From: Methanobacteriota archaeon
Lineage (GTDB): Archaea; Methanobacteriota; Methanobacteria; Methanobacteriales; Methanobacteriaceae
Reading direction: 5' to 3'
Assembly (NCBI GenBank): GCA_963787255.1
Contig: CAWBCJ010000002.1
Span: 1-13,643, forward strand
Length of the DNA stretch: 13,643 bases
The position numbers and the translations under genes were made by a program. A model generated the notes under the pieces. It saw only the letters and a program-made list of their open reading frames with translations. It made no database searches and was not told the origin of the DNA. Positions 1 to 7,986 of this stretch are shown piece after piece (the first letter of the stretch is position 1; each line of letters opens with the position of its first letter).

Positions 1-216
1 CGCCCCATATTCCATTTTTTTTAAGTAATAATCCAAATTATAACTCCACATAAACTTCATTTTTAAAGCCTTAAATTCTAAAATAAAACCTTCAGGTAGC
101 ATTCCCTTAACTTGATTTTGTGCTTTAATTGCACTTTTTGTGTTAATTTTAATCCCTGCAGCATAAATGGATTCATCGTATCTAATTGAATCTTGCACAG
201 ATTCATAGTAGACAGT
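1..216 (-). other. possible fragment of a hypothetical CDS running off the window start
   Basis: Stop-free minus frame (TVYYESVQDSIRYDESIYAAGIKINTKSAIKAQNQVKGMLPEGFILEF...) with no convincing start codon or RBS and no recognised motif; may be frameshifted. Confidence 0.25.
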
Positions 217-306
217 TTATAATCCTTTTTACTGCTTAAATTAAAAATGAAAACTTATATGAATTATTTTTTAAAAATAAACGAATCCAATTATTCTTAA
301 AATGAT

Positions 307-354
307 TCACTCGAAACTTCGTTTCGATGCATTGAAAATCATAGATTTTCGTGA
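307..354. repeat. twin-hairpin palindromic intergenic element (REP-like)
   Basis: TCGAAAC-ttc-GTTTCGA (311-327) and GAAAATC-ata-GATTTTC (334-350), both perfect 7-bp stems, enclosed by TCAC (307-310) / GTGA (351-354). Confidence 0.65.
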
Positions 355-455
355 TTAGGGAAGGGAAGAATTAATCCTCCCTTAAATTGATTCATGAGTG
401 GTTGCCGCCCCCAATTATTTCCCCAAAAACTTCTATTTTTATGTCTCGAACTAAG

Positions 456-647
456 CTAAATCTTTTTTTTAGTTTGTGACCTTGAACTAATTATTTTATA
501 ATTTTGTGTTTCATTTTCACACCATGCACTAATCGCTTCTACTGCACCCTTTGAAAGTTTACCTTGTTTATCCCCATATTTTTCCCTGGTTAAAAGTCTG
601 AATGTTTCTTCCAGGTCGTCAGGTAAGTTGAATGTTATTGCTGCCAT
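456..647 (-). CDS. small ribbon-helix-helix (CopG/MetJ-like) DNA-binding protein, 63 aa
   Basis: MAAITFNLPDDLEETFR...KYGDKQGKLSKGAVEAISAW shows an alternating N-terminal strand followed by two helices; the ATG at 647 has GGAG upstream and is preferred over the GTG at 662. Confidence 0.7.
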   Translation of the reverse strand: MAAITFNLPDDLEETFRLLTREKYGDKQGKLSKGAVEAISAWCENETQNYKIISSRSQTKKKI

Positions 648-810
648 GCTTAATTTCTCCACTAAATAATTTATGTTCTTTTTATATACTAATATTCATA
701 GAGAGCATGTGAAAAGTAATAATTTTATGAATTCACAAATCATAAGTCAATATGATTAAAGTATACATTTCAAAAGTAGAGACTTGTCATTAAGATATGC
801 AAAATTAATT

Positions 811-818
811 AAAAAAAA
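811..818 (-). terminator. oligo-T tract, probable archaeal terminator of rnc
   Basis: T8 on the minus strand about 15 nt after the rnc stop codon. Confidence 0.35.
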
Positions 819-832
819 GATTACATGGAGAG

Positions 833-1484
833 TTAAATTTTATTTAAGGCAATTTTAGCAGCATTTTGCTCGGCCTCTTTTTTACTTCCACCACTACCAA
901 TTCCACAATTTTCACCATCAATCATTACAACCATGGTGAATGTCTTATTATGCGGCATTCCCTCTTCTTTAACTAACTCATAATTTACATTAAGACAATC
1001 CTGATCACACAATTGTTTTAATTCAGACTTATAATCATAAAAAAAGATATCCTCATTTTCTATATGGGGTATAACAGTTTTAAAAACAAATTCCTTGACA
1101 ATATGCAAGCCTTGATCCAAATATAATGCTCCAATAAAAGATTCAAACACATCACTAATAATTGAATCAATTTCCCTTCGGGTTAATTCTAAGCCTGCAC
1201 CTAATTTTATGTATTGATCTAGTTCTAATTCCATTGAATAAACATAAAGTGCCTTTTTACACACATAATTAGAACGTATACGGGTTAATTGGCCTTCAGT
1301 TAACTCTGAATCCAGGTTATATAGAATTCAGATATTACCAGATCCAGGACTGCATCGCCTAAAAATTCTAATCTCTCATAACATTCACTAGATCATTTTC
1401 ATTGGAATAAGACTCATGAATAAAAGCCAGCTCATAAAGATGAGCATTAACTGGTTCAATTGAAAATTTTTTAAGTAATTGCAT
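833..1484 (-). CDS. rnc: ribonuclease III (bacterial type, nuclease domain plus dsRBD); two apparent frameshifts (~1390, ~1322)
   Basis: Reading upstream of the listed ORF gives [30 protein letters not shown] / [20 protein letters not shown] / [25 protein letters not shown]. The signature ERLEFLGDA lies at 1351-1377, followed by the acidic cluster [16 protein letters not shown] and a dsRBD (DYKSELKQ...[18 protein letters not shown]). Confidence 0.95.
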
Positions 1485-1620
1485 ATCCTCTATTATATTA
1501 TCTCTGCATATTTATAGAATTTTAAAAATTATACAATAGTCATTGATAGGACTATACAAAATTAACTCGCAAAAAAAACTCATAACCAATAAAAAAAAAA
1601 TGAAAACTTTTAAATATTAT

Positions 1621-1644
1621 TTTATAGTAATTTTTATAGTAATT
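1621..1644. repeat. 12-bp tandem duplication TTTATAGTAATT x2
   Basis: Exact copies at 1621-1632 and 1633-1644 in a divergent intergenic region. Confidence 0.6.
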
Positions 1645-1753
1645 TTTGCTCAAAAATTAATAGTTTTAAACACATTTAAATGCTACTTATAAAAATCCAA
1701 TTTTTAAAAATAGGAATTATAATTTAATTATTATAGCAAAGGAGTATTCAAAT

Positions 1754-2031
1754 ATGAGTAAATGGTTAAATAACGAAAAACCGATTGGGAAAATGCAGTA
1801 AAGCCCTGTTTGCTTTTAATGTTTTGCCCATACGGAAAATTAACTGAAGAATTTCCAATAAGCGAGAATAAGAAAACCTGTGAAGTCTTGGGGCATGACT
1901 GCCCTGTATTTTACCAAGCCTCACATATAGTTGAAGGCGACGGTGAAAAAAAAGTGAATCAGGAAGAATTTGATAAATTCTTCAAGGAAATAGCAGCAAA
2001 ATCTATAGGAGATAAGGAACGAATTTCCTAA
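1754..2031 (+). CDS. small Cys/His-rich hypothetical protein (~92 aa), putative metal binding; one frameshift ~1780
   Basis: AGGAG RBS then ATG at 1754 (MSKWLNNEK); a one-base shift joins it to DWENAVKPCLLLMFCPYGKLTEEFP...TCEVLGHDCPVFYQA. Confidence 0.7.
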
Positions 2032-2227
2032 AATACGAAGCCCATTTTGCTAAAGAATAATGGATAAAAAAAGATGCAGGAACATTGAAATATTATTTTT
2101 TTTCCAGTTTTTTTGGGAATGAAAAATAAGTGCATGAGCAATATAAAAGAATAATATGAGGGTTTTAACCCATGCACCCCTTAAATTTATGCAATTAATT
2201 ATTAATACTCATATTGTTCCTACCAAT

Positions 2228-2692
2228 TTATGCTGTACCGCCTGTACATTCACCATTTTGAGCATCCACAAATATTTCACCAACTTTTATACCATTTTGG
2301 ATTACAGGAACAAAATATGTAGGATGATTAGCCTGCATACCTAATACTGGTGTCCCAACAGAAAAAGAAGTGTCCCCTATATGATTAGAAGCTATAGCTT
2401 TAGCTTCTGAGGCGGATACCTTCACATTGGATGTACTTTTAGTAGATGTTTTCTTAGCTGTTGTTGGAACTGACTTAGGTGTTGCTGGTTTAGCTGTTGT
2501 TGAAACTGATTTAGATGGTGTTGATGCTGTTAAATTATTTACTGGAATAGAATTTTGAATAGGTTGACTTTGATTAACAACCGATGCTGCAGGAGTTTGA
2601 ACGTTTTTATTCATCAAATTAGCAGCAGAATAACTAATACCCACGCCCATAACTGCAATTAATGTAAATACTACAATAACTTTTTTGTTCAT
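2228..2692 (-). CDS. secreted or membrane-anchored PepSY-like domain protein, 154 aa
   Basis: Basic plus hydrophobic N-terminus (MNKKVIVVFTLIAVMGVGISYSA), S/T/P/K-rich linker, C-terminal VSASEAKAIA...YFVPV...GEIFVDAQNG typical of PepSY; GAGGGGG upstream of the ATG at 2692. Confidence 0.75.
   Translation of the reverse strand: MNKKVIVVFTLIAVMGVGISYSAANLMNKNVQTPAASVVNQSQPIQNSIPVNNLTASTPSKSVSTTAKPATPKSVPTTAKKTSTKSTSNVKVSASEAKAIASNHIGDTSFSVGTPVLGMQANHPTYFVPVIQNGIKVGEIFVDAQNGECTGGTA
2454..2523. repeat. imperfect ~36-bp tandem repeat in the PepSY-like protein linker
   Basis: TTAGCTGTTGTTG(G/A)AACTGA(C/T)TTAG starts at 2454 and 2490; encodes KSVSTTAK / KSVPTTAK. Confidence 0.7.
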
Positions 2693-2888
2693 TATATGGC
2701 CCCCTCTGGTCATTTAAATGTTATTTAAAGCTAAGAAACAAAATTAAATTATTTTTAGATAAAAAACTGTAATCATCTTTTATATAATAACAATTACTTA
2801 TAATTTTTTATTATAAAAAACAGAAAATTTTAAATGTTACTTTTCAACTCTTGAATAATTCAAAAGAAACAAACTAATAGTTGAAAAA

Positions 2889-5800
2889 TCACTCATTCAT
2901 TATAGGAATTGTAAAATAAAAAGTAGAACCAACACCAAACGAGGATTCAACCCAAATACGGCCACCATGACGTTCCACAATTCTTTTAACTATTGATAAT
3001 CCTATTCCTGTGCCTTTATATACATCTCGTGTATGTAGGCGTTGGAATATTACAAAAATACGTTCAGCATATTGTGGTTCCATTCCAATACCATTATCAC
3101 TAACACTAAAAATATATTCATCCTTTTTCTTCATCTTTGCGGGCTGAAATATGAATTCTTGGAGGTTCATCAGGCTTTTTAAACTTAATAGCATTTCCAA
3201 TGAGGTTTTGGAATAATTGATTTAATTGTGATTTATCAGCGATTACAGTTGGAAGCTCATCATGAGTAATTTCTGCATTATTTTCTTCAATTGAAGACTT
3301 AAGATTAGATAAAACATTACCCAAAACTTCTTCTGTATCCACTTGCTGAAATTCTTCTCCCCTTGTTGCAACACGGGAATATTCAAGTAAATCCTTAATT
3401 AGCTGCTGCATACGTTTTGTTGCATCTACAATGTACTCCATGAACTCATCAGCATCACTGATCCAGTTGACCTTTATAACGACGCTCAAGGAGTTGTGTA
3501 AAGCTTGCAATAGTACGAAGTGGTTCCTGTAAATCATGACTGGATACATAAGCAAATTGCTGTAATTCCTCATTGGAACGTTCTAATTCATTTATTGCTT
3601 CTTTTAATTGTCTTTCTGCTTGTTTTATTTCTGTAATATCACGACTTAAAACAAGTAAAGAATTAGTTTCACCTTTAACATTAAATTCAGGTACTTATAG
3701 TGCTTTCTATGAATCTTAGGCCATTAATGGCTGGAAATTCGAATTCATGATGTTGTATTTCCCCAGTTTCATAAGCTTTTAGGTTACTTTCATTCCATGA
3801 TGTAGCATATTTTTCTGGAATTCCTGCCTCTTCATAGGTTTTGCCAATGTAATATTCAGGTGATTGTCCAGTTATTCCAGTTACTGTAGAATTAACATAA
3901 ACATATCTCAAATCTTTATCTAAACGGATAATGAGATTCAGGAGAATTCTCTGCAAGTGTTCTATAACTTTCTTTACTTCTTTGAAGTTCATCTTGTGCC
4001 TTTTTAATTTCTGTAATGTCAAACAGTATTGATTTGCTTAACAAGAAGTTACCTTTTTCATCTTTAAGTGTCGAAGCGCTTAAAATAATGGGAAAAGTGG
4101 AGCCGTCTTTTCTAATCAGTTCATATTCAAGGTCTTTAACATATCCTCTTTCTAAGAAACTTCTAAAATTCTTTTTAAACGCTTTTTGACTTTCTTTGGT
4201 AAGTAATTCACTGAAATTCCTACCAATGAGTTCCTCTTTCTTGTATCCGAGCCATGAAAGCTCGGTTTGGTTAACCTGTGAAAAGTTACCGTTTGCATCA
4301 AGTGAGTGATAACCACATGGGGCATTATTATAAAGGTCATAGATTTCATCAGCAGATTCTTTTAATTGTTTTTCTGCCTGTTTACGCTCTCTGATATCGC
4401 GAGAAATTGCAAGGATAACATTCTTCCCTCTAAGCTTAAAAATATGAATACTAACTTCAACTGGAATCTTTGAACCCCATTTATCCACATTGAGGATTTC
4501 AAATCTTATATGTCTATTTTTAATTACGTTTTTTGCGTTTTCAACCATTTGAGGTCTACATTTGGGATCAACTATATCCGCAGTATTCATTTTTAAAAAT
4601 TCTTCCTTACTATAACCTAATCTTTCAGTTGCAACGTCATTTACTTCTAAAAACCTTCCAGGTAAGCCGTTTTCTCCAAGTTCAACCAGTGTAATCATAT
4701 CATTTGCTTTGTTAAATATTTCACGGAATTTCTCCTCATTTTCACTGAGCGATTTGTAAGCTTCTTGAAGTTCTCTAGTTCGCTCTTTAACTTTTAATTC
4801 TAAATTATCACGTGCTTCTCTTAATTCTTCTTCAGCTTTTTTACGCTCTGTAGTATCGATGCCGACTGCCAGAAATTCTTTCATGTGCCCGTACTGATCG
4901 TAGATGCCGGAGTTAGTCCACTCCATCCACACGCGTTCCCCATTCTTACGAATATTTTCGTTCTCATTGGAGTGGAAGCCGTCGGGATTTTTTGTTATCT
5001 CATCGACCATTGCCGCCAGGTCACGGCCGGCAGTATCCTTCTCCGGAACAATCGTGCCTACAACATGCTTGCCTACCAATTCATCCGCTGAGTAGCCGAA
5101 GAACTCCAGCGCGCGTTCGTTGGCAAATTGAATAATGCCTTGCGGGTTCAACCGAAGAATGACAGCAGTAGTATTTTGCACAACCCCTCGATATCTCTCT
5201 TCACTCATCATCAATTCTTCTTCAGCTTTTTTACGCTCTGTAATGTCTGTAAAAAATGCTATGAATCGTTTTTTCTGAGGTGAAAAGGCAGCAATTTCAT
5301 AATATTTATCTAAAGAAGGTATAGGATACTGGAAAACAGTTGATTCGCCAGTTAAAGCCACTTTTCCATAAATCTGGATAAGATCACCAACATCTTCATA
5401 TGGGAGAATTTCAGTAACCTTTTTGTTTAACACGTTTTCTTTTTTAAGTCCAGTTAAATTCTCAAATGTCTTGTTGACTTCCAAATAGACAAAATCTTCT
5501 GGTTCGCCTTTATCATTGGTTATTATCTCACATAATGCAAATCCATTAAGCGGATTGTCAAAAAACTGCTGATAATTTTCTTTATTTTTTTTCAATGCAT
5601 TCTCTGCATTTTTACGCTCAGTTATATCTGTTTGGAGTATTGTTTAAAGATATTATTCTGCATTTTAAATCCTGAAATTAAGAAATATTTACCTGTAGGG
5701 GCAGAAGACAGGTACTTCAAATTTTTTATATTTACCTGTAATGAGCGATTCGTTGATGAATTTAAGATATGGTTGCATAAAATCTGAACCAAATAAATCT

Positions 5801-5994
5801 TTTGCACTTTTACCAATAGCATCATCAAGGGATATATTCATAGTTTTAACAGTTACAGGATTCACATATTCAAGTTTAGCGTCAACTGCTTCGCCATTAT
5901 CACTGAAAACTAGTTTATAAACTGTTATTCCTTCAAGCATATTGTCAAATGCCTTAAACTGATTTTCAGTCAAAGATTCGTAAGTTTTTTCCAT
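2889..5994 (-). CDS. cytoplasmic multi-sensor histidine kinase, six PAS domains + HisKA + HATPase (~1030 aa); about six apparent frameshifts
   Basis: The listed ORFs 5689-6051, part of 5622-5828, 3916-5595, 3687-4022, 3118-3573 and 2889-3200 are consecutive pieces of one gene. An unlisted frame (~3460-3695) carries ...[10 protein letters not shown]...[35 protein letters not shown] (His codon 3536-3538). N box [12 protein letters not shown]1 DNGIG, F box IFQRL, G2 GTGIGL. Shifts near 5710, 5645, 3937, 3696, 3460 and 3125. Alternative start at 6051. Confidence 0.93.
4823..5242. repeat. exact 30-bp direct repeat pair flanking the third PAS domain
   Basis: AATTCTTCTTCAGCTTTTTTACGCTCTGTA at 4823-4852 and 5213-5242, 390 bp apart. 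Confidence 0.95.
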
Positions 5995-6397
5995 TATTCC
6001 ATCTCTAGCACTATGTGTCAACATTGATAATAAGTAAGTACCATTTTCCATTTTAATAAAATAAACTTTGCTATTTTAATTTTCACATATCATTTAATCC
6101 CTACTTTTAGGAGCAGTTATTTTTTTGATGCTCTTGCACTAAACCCATCAAAAGTGTAGATTACAGGTGATTAAAGACAATAATTCCTGCTTTAAAGGAA
6201 TATTAAAAAACTCATTTTAATTTAATATGACTTTACAAGATTAATCGAATATGGAGGGGAGGATAATAACACTTGAAATAAGACAAAAACAATTCTTTGA
6301 AGGTATTATTTAATTTCCACTTATTGTCGTCGTTTAAATTTATCTGTTGCGTCCATAAGAGCTCACGTTGCTTTAATATCTGTATTGTAAGAGGTGG

Positions 6398-6412
6398 CCA
6401 AAACTTTATAAG
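6398..6412 (+). promoter_or_regulatory. archaeal BRE-TATA promoter
   Basis: CCAAAAC followed by TTTATAAG (6405-6412), about 45 nt before an ATG with a GGTGA RBS. Confidence 0.6.
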
Positions 6413-6458
6413 CGATGAAATAAAATGAACTAATTTACAAAAGTGAAGGTGATATAAA

Positions 6459-6521
6459 ATGGATTTTAATGAGATTAAAATATTTATTTATAATTTGCTT
6501 GATATTCGCAAAAAAAGGTAG
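6459..6521 (+). CDS. putative 20-aa small protein MDFNEIKIFIYNLLDIRKKR
   Basis: GGTGA RBS at 6448-6452, 6 nt before the ATG, with a TATA box upstream; length is uncertain because an A7 run precedes the stop. Confidence 0.45.
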   Translation: MDFNEIKIFIYNLLDIRKKR

Positions 6522-6813
6522 TTTATGTATTTTCATATACATTACACCAAAAAATAAGTAGATGGAACAGGCTTTTCTGCCTTCTATTTTGCTTAATAAT
6601 TTGTTTCTATTATTTTAAAATTTTGTTAAAATGAGAATAAGCTTTTTTGAATAGTCCTTTTTACATATTGGTATTATACATCTTTTTTTTTGGGGTTTAA
6701 TTTTTGGTTAGATTAGTTAGTTTATAATTTGTTGAAGTTTTAATCTTGGATCCTTTTATTGTTGTCTGTTTTTCAATGATGGTGGTCATGACCTTAAGAA
6801 TTCAGTATTAGTA

Positions 6814-6849
6814 AGTAATATTAATTATGAAAATCATAATAGTATTACT
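6814..6849. promoter_or_regulatory. near-perfect inverted repeat upstream of the PRC-barrel gene, possible operator
   Basis: AGTAATATT-A-ATTATGA-aaa-TCATAAT-AGTATTACT; the same outer arms recur at 7921-7950. Confidence 0.45.
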
Positions 6850-6902
6850 GTTTAGTTTAAAATTATGATGCTTTAAATTGCGTGAAAAAACGGGTGGTAG
6901 TA

Positions 6903-7133
6903 ATGAAAATAAGTGATGAATTGAAAGGAAAAGAAGTTATAGATGAAAATGGAGACAAAGTTGGGGAAGTAAGCGATGTGGAATGGAATCCACAAATGAA
7001 TATGGTTGAATCTCTCATTGTTTCTGAAGGAAAAGCAGCTAAAATTGGAGTGGGAGAAAAAAAGGTCATAGCATTCGAGGATATAAACACCATCGGAGAA
7101 AAAGTTCTTTTAAAACGATACATGCCCCGATAA
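6903..7133 (+). CDS. PRC-barrel domain protein, 76 aa
   Basis: MKISDELKGKEVIDENGDKVGEVSDVEWN...IAFEDINTIGEKVLL is the standard PRC-barrel pattern; GGGTGG upstream of the ATG at 6903. Confidence 0.9.
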   Translation: MKISDELKGKEVIDENGDKVGEVSDVEWNPQMNMVESLIVSEGKAAKIGVGEKKVIAFEDINTIGEKVLLKRYMPR

Positions 7134-7204
7134 TCTATAAAAAAAAAACCTAAATTACCTTTATATCTTTTTTGGGAATGATTAAAAGGGAAGGTAGTAT
7201 AAAA

Positions 7205-7294
7205 ATGGATGAAAGAGGACAATATTCAATAATATATATCCTAGTGGTTATAATAGTCATCTTAATAATATTGAGACTATTAGGTCTATTCTAA
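7205..7294 (+). CDS. 29-aa membrane peptide with a class III (pilin-type) signal motif: MDERGQYSIIYILVVIIVILIILRLLGLF
   Basis: Below the ORF-track length cutoff. Purine-rich GGGAAGGT upstream, MDxRG/QxS motif followed by a hydrophobic helix, TAA at 7292-7294. Confidence 0.7.
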   Translation: MDERGQYSIIYILVVIIVILIILRLLGLF

Positions 7295-7413
7295 ACTAAA
7301 ACTGACTATGTAAAAACTACTAGTTATACTATTCATGCGTGAAAATCCTTAAATTTTTTTTTAGGAGACATTAAAAATTGGTATGATAAATTAATAATTT
7401 GGAGGTGAAAAAA

Positions 7414-7818
7414 TTGGATCGACGATTTTTGGGATTGATTATAATCATAATCGTTATAATCATAGCGGCAGGTGTATATCTCTATTCTATGAACTTAAAT
7501 CAAAATGCACAAGCTCCAGTTAATCAAAGTGGCACAAATGGCAGTGTAAATAATACAAACAATACAGTTGCAGCTACAATTAGCATTCAAAACGGAGCAT
7601 TTAACCCTAATAACCTTACTGTTAAAACAGGTACTAATGTTCAGTGGATAAATAATGATAACGCATCGCATCAGATAATAAGTGATAGTGGAGCATTCCA
7701 GAGTCCTATGCTGAATCCTGGAGGCGTGTATAATTTCTATTTCGCTAAATCTGGTATTTTCGGCTACTATTGTGGATTACATCCTACTGAAACAGGTACC
7801 ATTACAGTAACTCCTTGA
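7414..7818 (+). CDS. membrane-anchored cupredoxin (plastocyanin/amicyanin-like), 134 aa
   Basis: N-terminal TM helix, Asn/Thr-rich linker, AFNPNNLTVKTGTNVQWINND..HQI...YYCGLHP; GGAGGTG RBS (7401-7407) before the TTG at 7414. Confidence 0.88.
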   Translation: MDRRFLGLIIIIIVIIIAAGVYLYSMNLNQNAQAPVNQSGTNGSVNNTNNTVAATISIQNGAFNPNNLTVKTGTNVQWINNDNASHQIISDSGAFQSPMLNPGGVYNFYFAKSGIFGYYCGLHPTETGTITVTP

Positions 7819-7822
7819 TTAA

Positions 7823-7830
7823 TTTTTTTT
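7823..7830 (+). terminator. oligo-T tract, probable terminator of the cupredoxin gene
   Basis: T8 beginning 5 nt after the stop codon. Confidence 0.4.
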
Positions 7831-7920
7831 AGAGGATACTATATCCTCAATTTTTTTTTATTAATGTATTTTTTTTGTTTTGTGATTATAGGTTTTTTTT
7901 TAATCATCACAATACAATTA

Positions 7921-7950
7921 AGTAATATTAAATATAGAAATAGTATTACT
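7921..7950. promoter_or_regulatory. inverted repeat upstream of the response regulator, possible operator
   Basis: AGTAATATTA-N10-TAGTATTACT (one mismatch); same arms as 6814-6849. Confidence 0.4.
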
Positions 7951-7986
7951 ATGGTTCTTTTAAAAAATGAGGGAGACTGATTTACT

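Noticed and set aside
2156-2344. 62-aa plus-strand ORF
   Set aside because: Mostly antisense to the PepSY-like gene; no RBS or motif.
4152-4349. 65-aa minus-strand ORF
   Set aside because: Alternate frame inside the intact kinase frame.
4885-5095. Two plus-strand ORFs (68 and 63 aa)
   Set aside because: Antisense shadows explained by the stop-poor, GC-rich PAS cassette.
2889-6051. Treating the kinase pieces as separate genes or as programmed frameshifting
   Set aside because: Breaks fall mid-domain, single-base fixes restore motifs, and no consistent slippery site or stimulatory structure is seen.
6251-6313. 20-codon ORF MEGRIITLEIRQKQFFEGII and a GGAGG motif
   Set aside because: No RBS ahead of the ATG; the GGAGG leads only to TTG-AAA-TAA. 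Possibly a remnant, but unsupported.
6863-7222. 119-aa minus-strand ORF
   Set aside because: Antisense to the clear PRC-barrel gene.
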